Source: an uncultured SAR116 cluster alpha proteobacterium
Lineage (GTDB): Bacteria; Pseudomonadota; Alphaproteobacteria; Puniceispirillales; Marisalimonadaceae
Direction of reading: 5' to 3'
DNA: 64,000 bases
Assembly: GCA_902533695.1 (NCBI GenBank)
Contig: CACAMV010000001.1
Coordinates: forward strand, 2,979 to 66,978
A model generated the notes under the pieces. That model was not told the DNA's origin, ran no database searches, and saw only the letters and a list, made by a program, of their open reading frames with translations. The position numbers and the translations under genes were made by a program. Shown here piece after piece: positions 39,321 through 50,493 of this stretch (position 1 is its first letter; the number at the start of each line of letters is the position of its first letter).

Positions 39321-39995
39321 TTATATTAATTTGGATTCTAAAACTTTTAACAATTCTTCTGAAGTAGATACAAGATAATTTGCACCAGCTGATTTCAAAT
39401 CCTCTAAATCATTGTAACCCCATGAAACTCCAATAGAAATTATGTTGGCATTTATCCCAAGACCAATGTCGTTTACCGTATCACCAACAATAAATGTACA
39501 ATTATTTGTAATTTCAAAAGCTTCCATAGCTTTTAAAGCCATATCAGGATTAGGTTTTGGTATATTTTCGTCAGTTGTTAATGTAATATCAAACAAATTT
39601 GTTAAATTGTGTTTTTTTAAGCCATTTTCTAATGCAATTCTTGATTTATTAGTTGCAACACCCAAATAATATTTGTTTGAGATTTTTAACTCTTTTAACA
39701 ATTTATCCATTCCTTGAAAAATTGGCTCGTCTTGTAGACCCAACCTACCTTGTTCTGCATACCAACTTTTATACGCATTTGAAATTTGTTCAGGCGTTAC
39801 ATCATAACCATCAGCCATATATGCTTTTAGAGCGACTGCTAATGGCTTACCTATATTTTCTTTTACTTTTTGAGGATCTGGATCTGGGAGTCCGCAAGCT
39901 CTAAATGCTTGAATGGCACCATTAACAATCATTTTTGCAGAATCAACAATAGTTCCGTCATAATCAAATAGTATTAAACTAGTTTTATTTTTCAA
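39321..39995 (-). CDS. HAD-superfamily hydrolase (phosphoglycolate phosphatase-like)
   Basis: 224 aa. Motif I FDYDGTIVDS, motif II VATNK, motif IV VGDTVNDI. Confidence 0.85.
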   Translation of the reverse strand: MKNKTSLILFDYDGTIVDSAKMIVNGAIQAFRACGLPDPDPQKVKENIGKPLAVALKAYMADGYDVTPEQISNAYKSWYAEQGRLGLQDEPIFQGMDKLLKELKISNKYYLGVATNKSRIALENGLKKHNLTNLFDITLTTDENIPKPNPDMALKAMEAFEITNNCTFIVGDTVNDIGLGINANIISIGVSWGYNDLEDLKSAGANYLVSTSEELLKVLESKLI

Positions 39996-40983
39996 TTCTA
40001 TCTCTTAAAAAATAATTATAAATTTTTTCTGGCTTCATAAGCTTTATACCATAATATTCCAACGTATCTTTAAAATGTTTTGGAAGATTGGCAATCATCA
40101 TCTTTTCCTTGGGTATTTTTAGAATACCAGAATGTAATTTTAATAAATGATCTTTATCAATTTTGGAAGCCTCACTAACAAAATTAAAATATTTTTTATC
40201 ACCGATAATTGGACTTCCTATGTGTTGCATATGAATTCTCAATTGATGAGTTCTACCTGTAATAGGATTCAAAGCTACTAGAGCTAAGTCATCATTTAAC
40301 TTTTCTAAAACATTAAATTTTGTAATAGAATGTTTTCCCTGATTTTCTGAAATACCCATCTTATTAATATTTAAATTTTTCAATTTATTAATTCTCGTTT
40401 TAATTATGCCAAATTTATCTTTAGGAGATGGTGAAACTAAAGCATAATAAATCTTTATGATCTTACCTTCTTTAAAAAATCTTGAAATACTTCTAGCTGC
40501 AAATTGATTTTTGGCTATCAATAATAAGCCAGAAGTGTCTTTATCTAATCTATGAACTAACCTCGGCTTTTGACTCATGTTATGAAAGTTAACTTTTAAA
40601 AAATTGTCTAAGTGAAATTTTTGTTTTGATCCACCTTGAACAGCAATATTATTAGGTTTATTTAAAGTGATCCACCCTTCAGTCTCATTTATGACAATCT
40701 TATTGTATAACTCTTTATAAAATTTAACTTCTGAATCACTAAAATCAGTTATATTTTCAGTTTTAATTTTTTCAAATAAAATTGATTTTGCATAATATAT
40801 CAATTGACCTACTTTGACTTTTTGTGAAGCTTTGGCTTTTTTAGTATTTACTAAAATTAGCCTTTGTCTTAAATACTTTTCTAACAAAGATTGATTTATA
40901 TTTCCTAAAATCCTTCTTATACACCTATCTAACCTAGAATTATTTTCTTGTTCTGGTACTAAAAAACTCTTCATCATCAGCAT
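39985..40983 (-). CDS. rluC: RluA-family 23S rRNA pseudouridine synthase (RluC-like)
   Basis: 332 aa. S4-like N-terminus and catalytic motif HRLDKDTSGLLL. Confidence 0.85.
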   Translation of the reverse strand: MLMMKSFLVPEQENNSRLDRCIRRILGNINQSLLEKYLRQRLILVNTKKAKASQKVKVGQLIYYAKSILFEKIKTENITDFSDSEVKFYKELYNKIVINETEGWITLNKPNNIAVQGGSKQKFHLDNFLKVNFHNMSQKPRLVHRLDKDTSGLLLIAKNQFAARSISRFFKEGKIIKIYYALVSPSPKDKFGIIKTRINKLKNLNINKMGISENQGKHSITKFNVLEKLNDDLALVALNPITGRTHQLRIHMQHIGSPIIGDKKYFNFVSEASKIDKDHLLKLHSGILKIPKEKMMIANLPKHFKDTLEYYGIKLMKPEKIYNYFLRDRIEK

Positions 40984-41182
40984 TTTTTATTAATTAACAA
41001 ATTCACTTGTAAAAATCTATCTTCTTTCATTTTTTAATTTTAAATATGAGATATAAAATTAACTAATTTGATTTTAGAGTTTGTTATTTCATGGGCAATT
41101 TCAAAAGGAAAATTTGATTATTAGTTTCGTAGATTTGGAATAAGTAAAGGCTAAATAAAACTATGTTGGTGTTTGATAAAAT

Positions 41183-41635
41183 CTACCCCGCTTGTTTTTG
41201 TTCAACTATATCTTTATTTTCTTCATCTTTAATTTTTTTCTCTGTAACAGGACCACTATCTAAACCTTTAGCACTTTCATCTCTCTCAACCAGCTCTATA
41301 ACTGCCATTGGCGCACTATCCCCATACCTATATCCTGCTTTTACTATTCTTGAATAGCCTCCACTCCTATCTTTGTAGCGCTTAGCTAAAATATCCATTA
41401 ATTTTTGAACTAGCTTTTCATTACCAATCTTAGTAATCGCTTGCCTTCTAGAATGAAGACTACCTTTTTTTCCAATCGTAATCAATTTGTCTATATATGG
41501 CTTTAATGTCTTAGCCTTTATTAAGGTAGTAACAATTTGTTCATGCTTTAACAACGCTTGTGATAAATTTTTTAATAGTGCTTTTCTATGCGATGAAGTC
41601 CTATTTAGTTTTTTACCTTTTAATCTATGCTTCAT
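41183..41635 (-). CDS. rplQ: 50S ribosomal protein L17
   Basis: 150 aa. [24 protein letters not shown]..., with a charged C-terminal tail. Follows rpoA. Confidence 0.96.
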   Translation of the reverse strand: MKHRLKGKKLNRTSSHRKALLKNLSQALLKHEQIVTTLIKAKTLKPYIDKLITIGKKGSLHSRRQAITKIGNEKLVQKLMDILAKRYKDRSGGYSRIVKAGYRYGDSAPMAVIELVERDESAKGLDSGPVTEKKIKDEENKDIVEQKQAG

Positions 41636-41649
41636 ACGATTTTCCTTAA

Positions 41650-42669
41650 TTAATTAAATGGATCCTCAATTTTTTTAGCTAGTTCCTCTATATTTTCAGG
41701 AGGCCAATTTTCTATCATCATTCCCAACTCTAGATCCATTGACTTAAGAACTTCTCTTATTTCATTTAAACTTTTCCTTCCAAAGTTTGGTGTTCTTAAC
41801 ATTTCCGGTTCAGTTCTTAAAACCAAATCACCTATATAAACTATATTGTCATTTTTTAAGCAATTTGCGGATCTTACTGATAACTCTAACTCATCTACTT
41901 TCCTTAACAAGTTCTTATTAAATGGTAAGTCATCGACTTCTGGAACAACTTCTTCTTCCTCCGGTTCCTCAAAATTAATAAAATTTTGCATTTGATCTTG
42001 CATTATTCTTGCTGCAAAAGCAACTGCATCTTCTGGTTTAACTGAACCATCTGTTTTTACATTTAATAAAAGTTTATCAAAATCAGTTTGTTGACCTACC
42101 CTTGCGTTATCAACCTCATAAGAAACTTGTATTATTGGACTAAAAATAGCATCAACTGGAATAAGTCCTACTGGTTTCTCGTCCATTGCTTTTGACCCAG
42201 CTGCTACATATCCCTTTCCATTTTCTACAGTAAACTCAATTGATAAATTTGCTCCCTCATCTAGCGCACATATCTCATGTTCAGGGTTCATTATTTCAAT
42301 ATCAGATACCTCTGCAATATGCCCAGCAGTAACTTTATTCGGTCCAGTAACGTTTAAATACATTTTTTTTGGACCTTCTACATCCATTCTTACTTTGATA
42401 CCTTTAACATTTAAAATTACATCTGTAATATCTTCTCTAACTCCTGGCAAAGAGGAAAATTCATGCAAAACACCTTGAATTTGAATAGATGTTATTGAGC
42501 TTCCCTGTAATGATGATAATAAAATTCTTCTTAGAGCATTACCAATTGTAACTCCAAAACCTCTTTCAATTGGCTCAGCAACAATGGTTGCAGAAAACTC
42601 ATTATCATTTTCATGTTTTACACTTAATTTTGCAGGCTTAATCAGTTCTTTCCAATTTTTTTCAATCAT
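41650..42669 (-). CDS. rpoA: DNA-directed RNA polymerase alpha subunit
   Basis: 339 aa with conserved NTD and CTD ([12 protein letters not shown]). Confidence 0.97.
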   Translation of the reverse strand: MIEKNWKELIKPAKLSVKHENDNEFSATIVAEPIERGFGVTIGNALRRILLSSLQGSSITSIQIQGVLHEFSSLPGVREDITDVILNVKGIKVRMDVEGPKKMYLNVTGPNKVTAGHIAEVSDIEIMNPEHEICALDEGANLSIEFTVENGKGYVAAGSKAMDEKPVGLIPVDAIFSPIIQVSYEVDNARVGQQTDFDKLLLNVKTDGSVKPEDAVAFAARIMQDQMQNFINFEEPEEEEVVPEVDDLPFNKNLLRKVDELELSVRSANCLKNDNIVYIGDLVLRTEPEMLRTPNFGRKSLNEIREVLKSMDLELGMMIENWPPENIEELAKKIEDPFN

Positions 42670-42715
42670 ATTTTTTACTCTATACTTTTAATTTAGATTT
42701 GTTTAATTAATTGAA

Positions 42716-43111
42716 TTAAACCCTTCTTCTTTTTTTGGGTCTACATCCGTTGTGAGGAATTGGTGTTACATCTCGAATTGAATTAACTTGAAATCCAACC
42801 ATTTGTAAAGCTCTTAAAGCAGATTCTCTTCCTGATCCAGGTCCCTGAACTTCAATATCTATTAATTTAACACCATGTTCAGATGCTTTTTTCCCTGCAT
42901 CTTCAGCAGCTAATTGTGCAGCATAAGGTGTAGATTTTCTAGAACCTTTGAATCCCATAGCTCCCGCAGAAGACCAAGAAATTGTATTGCCTTGTACGTC
43001 AGTGATTGTAATCACGGTATTGTTAAAAGATGAATTTACGTGCGCAACCGCATTAGTAATATTTTTTCTCTCTCTTTTTTTTACTTTTGTTTGAGTTAAC
43101 TGCTTAGCCAT
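42716..43111 (-). CDS. rpsK: 30S ribosomal protein S11
   Basis: The GGTGAGG SD lies 3 nt upstream of the ATG at 43111 (MAKQLTQ...). This start is preferred over the ORF-track GTG at 43120. Confidence 0.96.
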   Translation of the reverse strand: MAKQLTQTKVKKRERKNITNAVAHVNSSFNNTVITITDVQGNTISWSSAGAMGFKGSRKSTPYAAQLAAEDAGKKASEHGVKLIDIEVQGPGSGRESALRALQMVGFQVNSIRDVTPIPHNGCRPKKRRRV

Positions 43112-43124
43112 ATACCTCACCTAA

Positions 43125-43493
43125 TTATTTCTTTTTACCAGCAATTGGTTTTGCAGGACCTTTTCTTGTTCTTGCATTTGTGTGAGTTCTTTGACCTCTT
43201 ACTGGTAAATTTCTTCTATGTCTAAGTCCTCTAAAACAGCCTAGATCTAGATATCGTTTTACATCAAGAGATTTTTTCCTTCTTAAATCTCCTTCAACAA
43301 TAATATCCTTATCTATAAAATCTCTAATCTGAGAAAGTTCAGATTCTGACAAATTATTAACTCTTTTTTCAATTGAAATTCCAATTGAACTACATATTTT
43401 CTTGCTAGTCTTTAAACCTATACCATGTATGTAAGTAAGAGCTATTTCAACTCTTTTATTAGTTGGTATATTTATTCCAGCTATTCTAGCCAC
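43125..43493 (-). CDS. rpsM: 30S ribosomal protein S13
   Basis: GGAG lies 6 nt upstream of the GTG at 43493 and gives the canonical N-terminus (M)ARIAGINIP. The ORF-track ATG at 43505 is probably too far upstream. Confidence 0.95.
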   Translation of the reverse strand: MARIAGINIPTNKRVEIALTYIHGIGLKTSKKICSSIGISIEKRVNNLSESELSQIRDFIDKDIIVEGDLRRKKSLDVKRYLDLGCFRGLRHRRNLPVRGQRTHTNARTRKGPAKPIAGKKK

Positions 43494-43569
43494 AAATATC
43501 TCCATGAAAATTAAAATTATTAAGATGGCGAATTATAATCTTTAACATGATCTAGTCAACTATTTAGTA

Positions 43570-44136
43570 TCAATCAATTAATTTTAAAATACTTTGAAAA
43601 ACTTCATTTATACTTAACATTCCATTAACTTTTTTCAATCTATCCATATTTTCGTAATATTTTAGGACGGGAATAGTTTGATCATTATATACTTGCAACC
43701 TATTTTTTAGGACCTTAGAATTATCATCATCCCGTACATTTTCATTTTCAACAGCTCTCTTTTCAATTCGACTCAATAATAAATCTTGATTAACATCTAT
43801 TTGTAAAACATGATCAATATTTATTTTTTTAATATTTAACATATCGTCTAATGCTTTAGCTTGAGCCAAAGTTCTAGGAAAACCATCTAAAATAAAACCA
43901 TTTAAACAATCTTTTTGAATTATTCTATCCGATATAAGAGAAATCATTAAATCATCTGAAACTAATTCTCCATTTTCCATAATGGATTTAACTTTTTTAC
44001 CAATTTCTGTATCATTTTTGACTGAATCTCTTAACATATCACCTGTTGAAATCTGAACTATTTCAAATTTTTCAATTAATAAGTTTGCTTGAGTACCTTT
44101 CCCAGCTCCAGGGGGGCCAAAGAGAATTATTTTCAT
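43570..44136 (-). CDS. adk: adenylate kinase (short-lid form)
   Basis: 188 aa with P-loop GPPGAGKGTQ. Sits between secY and rpsM. Confidence 0.95.
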   Translation of the reverse strand: MKIILFGPPGAGKGTQANLLIEKFEIVQISTGDMLRDSVKNDTEIGKKVKSIMENGELVSDDLMISLISDRIIQKDCLNGFILDGFPRTLAQAKALDDMLNIKKINIDHVLQIDVNQDLLLSRIEKRAVENENVRDDDNSKVLKNRLQVYNDQTIPVLKYYENMDRLKKVNGMLSINEVFQSILKLID

Positions 44137-44140
44137 TTGT

Positions 44141-45466
44141 CTACCTAACTCCCCCTAATCTTCTTTTCTTAATTAAACCTGAATATTTGTGAGCAATAAT
44201 ATGAGATTGAGCCTGAGCAACAGTATCTATAGAGACCGTAACTACAATTAACAAACTTGTACCTCCAAAATAAAATGGAATGGAATACTTAGAAATCAAT
44301 ATTTCTGGAAGAATGCAAACAGCTGACAAATATATCGCACCAATAGCTGTTAGCCTTGTCAAAACGAAATCAAGATATTCAGAAGTAGGAGGTCCAGGCC
44401 TTATTCCGGGAACAAATCCTCCATTCCTTTTCAAATTGTCCGCAGTATCATCTGGGTTAAAAACTATTGCTGTATAAAAAAAAGCAAAAAACACTATTAA
44501 ACCAATATAAATCGCCAAATAAATCGGTTGTCCTCTTCCTAAAAATGAGTTTAGCGTTATTAACCATTCTGGGCTATCAGAACCTAAACCAGCAAATGAA
44601 CTTATAGAAGTTGGGAGTAATAGTAACGCAGAAGCAAATATAGGTGGTATCACTCCTGAAACATTTATTTTTAGAGGTAAATGGGAGGAATCACCTGAAA
44701 AAACCTTATTACCAACTTGTCTTTTCGGATATTGAACTATTATTTTTCTCTGTGATCTTTCAATAAATACAATGAAGGCTATGACACTTATAGCTAGTAT
44801 AAAAATTAATATAATTAATAGTGGTGAAATAGCTCCAGTTCTTCCCTGTTCTAAAATTTGAACTAAGGCCCTAGGTAACTCAGCTACGATACCAGAAAAA
44901 ATTAATAATGAAACCCCATTGCCGATACCTCTTTCAGTAATTTGTTCACCCAACCACAAAAGAAACATTACTCCACCAACCAAAGTAACTACTGTAGTAA
45001 CCTTAAAAAATATACCTGGGTTTATCACAAGAGCAACACCCGAACTTGACGTACCCTCTAAAGCTATTGCGAACCCCCAAGCTTGAACGGTTGCTAGTAA
45101 GACAGTTAAATATCTTGTGTATTGATTAATGGTTTTCCTACCTGATTCACCTTCTTTTTTTAACTGAGCCATTTGAGGAGATATTGATGTCATCAATTGC
45201 ATGATAATCGAAGCTGAAATATATGGTATTATAGTGAGTGCAAAAATCGTCATCCTTCCTAGAGCCCCTCCAGAAAACATGTTAAACATGCCCAAAACTC
45301 CACTATTTGTTTGATTAACTAATTCACTTAAAGCTAAAGGATCAATTCCTGGAACAGGTATGTAGGTACCAAGTCTATAAATTACTAAAGCACCCAAAGT
45401 AAATAAAATTCTTTGACGTAATTCTGTAGCTTGTCCAATTGCACCAAATGGGCTTTCATTTGCCAT
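44141..45466 (-). CDS. secY: preprotein translocase subunit SecY
   Basis: 441 aa. A 10-TM profile in the conserved spc-operon position. Confidence 0.97.
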   Translation of the reverse strand: MANESPFGAIGQATELRQRILFTLGALVIYRLGTYIPVPGIDPLALSELVNQTNSGVLGMFNMFSGGALGRMTIFALTIIPYISASIIMQLMTSISPQMAQLKKEGESGRKTINQYTRYLTVLLATVQAWGFAIALEGTSSSGVALVINPGIFFKVTTVVTLVGGVMFLLWLGEQITERGIGNGVSLLIFSGIVAELPRALVQILEQGRTGAISPLLIILIFILAISVIAFIVFIERSQRKIIVQYPKRQVGNKVFSGDSSHLPLKINVSGVIPPIFASALLLLPTSISSFAGLGSDSPEWLITLNSFLGRGQPIYLAIYIGLIVFFAFFYTAIVFNPDDTADNLKRNGGFVPGIRPGPPTSEYLDFVLTRLTAIGAIYLSAVCILPEILISKYSIPFYFGGTSLLIVVTVSIDTVAQAQSHIIAHKYSGLIKKRRLGGVR

Positions 45467-45471
45467 TAAAT

Positions 45472-45975
45472 TTAAACCTTTTTATTATCTTTCAATGGTT
45501 TTTTTTGTTTTGGAGATTCTTCTAATAATGCTTTACCACCATTTTTTTCTATTAAATTTTTTGCATTATTTGAAAAACCTGATGCGACTATTTCTATAGC
45601 ATCTTTTAATGTACCTTTACCTAAAATTTTAATTTTAGAATTTGATTTTTTTATTAATCCTACATCTAAAAATGATTTCAAATCTATTGGTTTATTTATA
45701 ACTAGTTTTTTATTATCAATTAAATTTTGAATTTTGCCTAGGTTTATAGGTATAAACTCTTTTCGAAAAATATTTGTAAAACCCCTTTTGGGCAATCTTC
45801 TATGAATTGGCATTTGGCCACCTTCAAATCCTTTTATACTTACTCCAGATCTTGATTTTTGACCCTTGTGGCCTTTACCAGATGTCTTGCCTGTGCCTGA
45901 ACCAATACCTCTACCAATTCTTTTTTTATTTTTTTCTACTTTTTTCAAATTTTGAAATTCATTCAATTTCATCAT
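45472..45975 (-). CDS. rplO: 50S ribosomal protein L15
   Basis: 167 aa. GRGIGSGTGKTSGKGHKGQKSRSG. Confidence 0.96.
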   Translation of the reverse strand: MMKLNEFQNLKKVEKNKKRIGRGIGSGTGKTSGKGHKGQKSRSGVSIKGFEGGQMPIHRRLPKRGFTNIFRKEFIPINLGKIQNLIDNKKLVINKPIDLKSFLDVGLIKKSNSKIKILGKGTLKDAIEIVASGFSNNAKNLIEKNGGKALLEESPKQKKPLKDNKKV

Positions 45976-45989
45976 TCCCTCGATAATTA

Positions 45990-46169
45990 TTAAATTATTT
46001 CAACTAAATGTTTAACTTTATTTACCATTCCTCTAATAGACGGAGTGTCATCAAGCTCTCTAATTCTTCCTACTTTTGTAAGTCCCAGTCCAAGAAGTGT
46101 TCTCTTTTGATCAGATTTTCTACCAATACCACTTTTTTTGAGGATAATTTTAATACTTTTTCTATTCAT
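45990..46169 (-). CDS. rpmD: 50S ribosomal protein L30
   Basis: At 59 aa it falls below the ORF-track cutoff. Hand translation: [59 protein letters not shown]. The ATG overlaps the rpsE end by 8 nt. Confidence 0.9.
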   Translation of the reverse strand: MNRKSIKIILKKSGIGRKSDQKRTLLGLGLTKVGRIRELDDTPSIRGMVNKVKHLVEII

Positions 46170-46710
46170 TTTTATCTACATCAATTGTTTTTTTGTTACC
46201 AAAAATTTCAGAGACTTTTTTACCTCTTTTATTAGATATATTCCTAGGAGAATTCATAAATTTTAATGCATTAAAAGTTGCTTTTATCATATTGTGAGGA
46301 TTAGATGTACCAACAGACTTGGCCACAACATCCTGCACTCCCAGCGTTTCAAAAACTGCTCTCATCGGTCCTCCAGCAATGATACCAGTTCCTGATGGTG
46401 CGCTTCTAATAACCACTTTTCCAGCACCATAATTTCCCTTCATGTCATGATGCAATGTACGTCCCTCTTTTAAAGGAACCCTTATAAGTTTCTTTTTTGC
46501 ATCTTCTGTAGCCTTTTTTATTGCTTCAGGAACTTCTTTAGCTTTTCCAGTGCCAAAACCAACTTTTCCTCTAGTATCACCAACTACAACTAATGCTGCA
46601 AATCCAAACCTTCTTCCTCCTTTAACAACCTTAGCAACTCTATTAATTCCAACTAATTTGTCAATTAATTCAGATTCTTCTTTAATATTTCTTTTGTCAG
46701 TTTGATTCAT
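46162..46710 (-). CDS. rpsE: 30S ribosomal protein S5
   Basis: 182 aa. [23 protein letters not shown]. Confidence 0.97.
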   Translation of the reverse strand: MNQTDKRNIKEESELIDKLVGINRVAKVVKGGRRFGFAALVVVGDTRGKVGFGTGKAKEVPEAIKKATEDAKKKLIRVPLKEGRTLHHDMKGNYGAGKVVIRSAPSGTGIIAGGPMRAVFETLGVQDVVAKSVGTSNPHNMIKATFNALKFMNSPRNISNKRGKKVSEIFGNKKTIDVDKNE

Positions 46711-46720
46711 TATTTTACCT

Positions 46721-47083
46721 TTAAAATTTTAATCCTTTTTCTCTAGCTCCATCAGCTAAAGACTTTACCCTTCCATGGAATAAGTAACCACCTCTATCAA
46801 ACACAATTTCCTTAAAACCTTTTTTAATAGCTTTATCTGCTATATCTCTTCCAACTTCCAATGCGGCTTCTGCATTCCCAGAAATTTTTATCTTTTTTCT
46901 CATCTCTTTATCTAAAGTAGATGATGACAATAGAGTTTTCTTGCTTGAATCATCAATAATTTGACAATAAATATGTTTATTAGACCTGAATACAGTAAGT
47001 CTTAATTTCCCATTAAGCTTTTTTCTTAGGAAATTTCTATTTCTTAACTTTCTTCTTTCAAATAATGCTCTATTATTTTTCAT
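46721..47083 (-). CDS. rplR: 50S ribosomal protein L18
   Basis: 120 aa. [18 protein letters not shown]...[21 protein letters not shown]. Confidence 0.97.
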   Translation of the reverse strand: MKNNRALFERRKLRNRNFLRKKLNGKLRLTVFRSNKHIYCQIIDDSSKKTLLSSSTLDKEMRKKIKISGNAEAALEVGRDIADKAIKKGFKEIVFDRGGYLFHGRVKSLADGAREKGLKF

Positions 47084-47089
47084 TTTAAC

Positions 47090-47626
47090 CTACTTTTTTT
47101 TACCTTCTTTTCTTACAATATACTCATTTTCATACCTTAGTCCTTTCCCTTTAAAAGGCTCAGGAGGTCTTTTTGATCTTACAATTGAGGCAAATTGACC
47201 AACTTTTTGTTTATCTGCCCCTGAAATCATAAATTTAGTATTTCCATCCATTTTAACTTCTATACCTTCAGGTATTGGCATTTCTACTGTATGACTCAAA
47301 CCCAAATTTAAAGATAATATTTTTCCATTTAATGCACCCCTATATCCTACACCTACAATTTCCATTTTTTTTGTAAATCCTTCACTAACTCCTTTAACCA
47401 TATTATTAATTAAAGCTCTAGTAGTACCCCAGTTAGCCTTACCTTTTTTAGTATCATCCTTGTTTGCTAATTTGATTAAACCCTCATTTATTTCAATCTC
47501 AATATTTTTTGAGACCAAAACCTCTAATTCACCTTTTGGCCCCGACGCTGATAAACTATTATCTTTTTTATTAATTTTTACATTATCTGGACATTTTATT
47601 GGGCTCTGACCTATCCTAGACATCAA
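47090..47626 (-). CDS. rplF: 50S ribosomal protein L6
   Basis: 178 aa. MSRIGQSPI...VGVGYR. Confidence 0.97.
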   Translation of the reverse strand: MMSRIGQSPIKCPDNVKINKKDNSLSASGPKGELEVLVSKNIEIEINEGLIKLANKDDTKKGKANWGTTRALINNMVKGVSEGFTKKMEIVGVGYRGALNGKILSLNLGLSHTVEMPIPEGIEVKMDGNTKFMISGADKQKVGQFASIVRSKRPPEPFKGKGLRYENEYIVRKEGKKK

Positions 47627-47632
47627 TCACTC

Positions 47633-48031
47633 CTAATAAACTGTACATAAAATTTCTCCACCAACATTTGCTTCCCTAGCCTCATTATCACTCATCACAC
47701 CCCTAGGCGTAGATAATATTGATATGCCTAATCCGTTATATGTTTTTTGGAGGTTTTTAATACTTGAATAAACTCTTCTTCCAGGCTTAGAAATACGTTT
47801 TATTTCACTTATAACTGGTTCACCTTCATAATACTTTAATTCAATTTGAAAAATGTTTATTCCTGGTTTAGTTTCAATTTCAGAAAAATTCCTAATATAA
47901 CCTTCTCTTTTCAAAACTTCTAAAACATTTTTTCTAAATCTTGACGCGGGTGCATCAATCTTCTGCTTTTGGGTAGATTGACCATTCCGTATTCTTGTCA
48001 ACATATCACCTAATGTATCACTCATAGACAT
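47633..48031 (-). CDS. rpsH: 30S ribosomal protein S8
   Basis: 132 aa. DTLGDMLTRIRNG...GGEILCTVY. Confidence 0.97.
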   Translation of the reverse strand: MSMSDTLGDMLTRIRNGQSTQKQKIDAPASRFRKNVLEVLKREGYIRNFSEIETKPGINIFQIELKYYEGEPVISEIKRISKPGRRVYSSIKNLQKTYNGLGISILSTPRGVMSDNEAREANVGGEILCTVY

Positions 48032-48044
48032 TATCTTTACCTCA

Positions 48045-48350
48045 TTACCAACTTGATTTAACCATTCCAGGTATTTGTCCTGAAAGCGCCAATTCTCTCA
48101 AAGCAATTCTTGACATCTTGAATCTTCTATAATATCCCCTTGGTCTTCCAGTGATTTGACATCTATTTCTATATCTTACTTTTGCACCATTTCTAGTACA
48201 TTGTGCCAGCTTAATTTGAGCATCAAATCTTTCTTCCATTGAAATATTTTTATCCAAACAGATATTTTTAAGTTTTAACCTTTTAGATTGATTTTTTTTG
48301 ATCAATTTATTTCTGTTTAAATTTTTTTCTATAGCACTTTTTTTTGCCAT
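48045..48350 (-). CDS. rpsN: 30S ribosomal protein S14 (long form)
   Basis: 101 aa. [26 protein letters not shown]. Confidence 0.97.
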   Translation of the reverse strand: MAKKSAIEKNLNRNKLIKKNQSKRLKLKNICLDKNISMEERFDAQIKLAQCTRNGAKVRYRNRCQITGRPRGYYRRFKMSRIALRELALSGQIPGMVKSSW

Positions 48351-48365
48351 TAAACACTCCTTAAA

Positions 48366-48908
48366 TTAAGAGATAAAAGGAAAATTAAACCCTTTTAATA
48401 ACTCCTTAGCCTCATCGTCAGTCTTAGCTGATGTAATAATTGAAATATCCATACCTCGAGGTGAATCAACAGTATCAAATTCAATTTCAGGAAAAATATA
48501 TTGTTCTTTTAACCCCAAAGAATAATTTCCGTTACCATCAAAACTTTTGGGATTGACACCTCTAAAGTCTCTAACTCTTGGCAAAGCAATATTAACTAAA
48601 CGGTCTAAAAACTCATACATTTTACTCTTTCTTAATGTTACTTTTAATCCAACAGACATGCCGGCTCTGAGTTTAAAGCTTGCATTAGCTTTTTTAGCTT
48701 TTGTAATCAATGGTTTTTGACCACTTATAGATGTCAACTCACTCAAAGCTGAGTCCAATTTTTTAGAATCCTTCACTGCCTCACCAACTCCCATGTTAAT
48801 AACTATTTTTTCTAATTTTGGAATCTGCATTAAATTTTTATAATTAAATTTGTCTTTTAACATTTTTGAAATATTATTTTTATATTCATCTTGCAATCTG
48901 GTTATCAT
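48366..48908 (-). CDS. rplE: 50S ribosomal protein L5
   Basis: 180 aa in the conserved spc-operon position. NMGVGEA... Confidence 0.97.
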   Translation of the reverse strand: MITRLQDEYKNNISKMLKDKFNYKNLMQIPKLEKIVINMGVGEAVKDSKKLDSALSELTSISGQKPLITKAKKANASFKLRAGMSVGLKVTLRKSKMYEFLDRLVNIALPRVRDFRGVNPKSFDGNGNYSLGLKEQYIFPEIEFDTVDSPRGMDISIITSAKTDDEAKELLKGFNFPFIS

Positions 48909-48924
48909 TTAAAACATCCTCAAA

Positions 48925-49236
48925 CTAAACATTTGATCCCGAAGATATAGTGACCCTTTTCTTCTCTTTTTTATCAAATATAAATTTAACTCTAGTAGGT
49001 TTACCAGTTTTCGGGTCAAGTAACGAAACATTAGATATATGAATTGGCAATTCTATTTCTTCTATTTTCCCTGGACTATCTTGTGAAGGTTTCCTATGTT
49101 TTTTTACAATATTTACACCTGATACTTTCACTTTGTCATGCGCTTTAAAAATTTCTGTTATTTGACCTGTCTTTCCCTTATCCTTTCCTGCAATTACAAA
49201 AACTTGATCACCTTTTTTCAATTTATTTTTTTTCAT
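48925..49236 (-). CDS. rplX: 50S ribosomal protein L24
   Basis: 103 aa. KKGDQVFVIAGKDKGKTG (KOW motif). Confidence 0.96.
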   Translation of the reverse strand: MKKNKLKKGDQVFVIAGKDKGKTGQITEIFKAHDKVKVSGVNIVKKHRKPSQDSPGKIEEIELPIHISNVSLLDPKTGKPTRVKFIFDKKEKKRVTISSGSNV

Positions 49237-49604
49237 TACAATACTTCCGGTGCTAAAGATACTATTTTCATGAATTGCTTACCTCTCAATTCTCTAGTGA
49301 CAGGTCCAAAAATTCTAGTTCCTATGGGTTCATTACTTTTATTTACTAAAACAGCTGCATTTTTATCAAATCTAATGCATGTTCCATCATTTCTTCTTAC
49401 TTCTTTCGATGTCCTCACTATCACAGCCCTGTGAACATCACCTTTTTTTACTCTTCCTCTAGGTATTGCATCTTTAATTGTTACAACAATCACATCACCT
49501 ACACTTGCAGTTTTTCTTTTACTTCCACCTAAAACTTTAATACATTGTACAATTCTTGCACCAGAATTATCAGCTACATCAAGGTTGGTCTGCATTTGTA
49601 TCAT
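49236..49604 (-). CDS. rplN: 50S ribosomal protein L14
   Basis: 122 aa. [17 protein letters not shown]. Confidence 0.98.
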   Translation of the reverse strand: MIQMQTNLDVADNSGARIVQCIKVLGGSKRKTASVGDVIVVTIKDAIPRGRVKKGDVHRAVIVRTSKEVRRNDGTCIRFDKNAAVLVNKSNEPIGTRIFGPVTRELRGKQFMKIVSLAPEVL

Positions 49605-49619
49605 TATTTATCTCCAAAC

Positions 49620-49847
49620 TTAATAGATCACTTCAAACATTTTTGTTTTTGAAAAAGGAACCGCCTCAATTATTTCAACATCATCTCCAACCTTAAATTT
49701 ATTATTTTTATCGTGAGCTTTAATTTTTTTTGATTTTGTCACAAACTTTTTATAAATTGGATGCATAATTCTTCTTTCAACAAGAACTGTAATGGTTTTG
49801 TCAGCCTTGTCACTTACAACTTTCCCAGATAAAATTCTTTTTGGCAT
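49620..49847 (-). CDS. rpsQ: 30S ribosomal protein S17
   Basis: 75 aa. [19 protein letters not shown]. Confidence 0.96.
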   Translation of the reverse strand: MPKRILSGKVVSDKADKTITVLVERRIMHPIYKKFVTKSKKIKAHDKNNKFKVGDDVEIIEAVPFSKTKMFEVIY

Positions 49848-50053
49848 TATTTAACCTTCATCATATTATTGTTAAGTATTGTTTTTATTGCTGCAATTTC
49901 CCTTCGAATAAGTCTAAATCTAGAAGGATTTTCATTCTGTCCATTCGTAACTTGAAAACGTAAGTTAAATTGTTCCTTTCTAAGCAAAGTAAGCTTATCT
50001 AAAAGTTCATCTTTAGTTTTTGTAATCAAATCTTTTGCTTTATGTTTTGGCAT
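49847..50053 (-). CDS. rpmC: 50S ribosomal protein L29
   Basis: 68 aa. [19 protein letters not shown]. Confidence 0.94.
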   Translation of the reverse strand: MPKHKAKDLITKTKDELLDKLTLLRKEQFNLRFQVTNGQNENPSRFRLIRREIAAIKTILNNNMMKVK

Positions 50054-50073
50054 ATTTCAATAACAATCCTTCG

Positions 50074-50484
50074 CTAAACAAACTTTTTAACAAACTTAGT
50101 ATTAAGAGGTAATTTAGCTGCAGCTAGATTAAAAGCTTCCTTTGCAGCTGTCTCTGAAACACCATCAAGTTCAAACATTATTTTACCAGGCTTAACTCTA
50201 CATACCCAGAACTCTGGCGATCCTTTACCCTTTCCCATCCTAACTTCAGCTGGTTTTTTGGAGACAGGAACATCTGGAAAAATTCTAATCCATAACCTTC
50301 CGGTTCTTCGTAAATGTCTAGTTATAGCTCTCCTTGCAGATTCTATTTGCCTAGCTGTAACCCGCTCTGGTCTGGTTGCTTTTAAACCATAAGATCCGAA
50401 ATTCAAATTGGTCCCACCTTTAGCAAAACCATGAATTCTACCCTTATGAGCTTTTCTAAATTTTGTTCTTTTTGGTTGAAGCAT
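50074..50484 (-). CDS. rplP: 50S ribosomal protein L16
   Basis: 136 aa. [16 protein letters not shown]. Confidence 0.98.
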   Translation of the reverse strand: MLQPKRTKFRKAHKGRIHGFAKGGTNLNFGSYGLKATRPERVTARQIESARRAITRHLRRTGRLWIRIFPDVPVSKKPAEVRMGKGKGSPEFWVCRVKPGKIMFELDGVSETAAKEAFNLAAAKLPLNTKFVKKFV

Positions 50485-50493
50485 CTTTAATAA

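Noticed and set aside
46008-46235. 75-aa plus-strand ORF between rplO and rpsE
   Set aside because: The minus strand here encodes a clear L30 (rpmD). The plus-strand ORF is its shadow.
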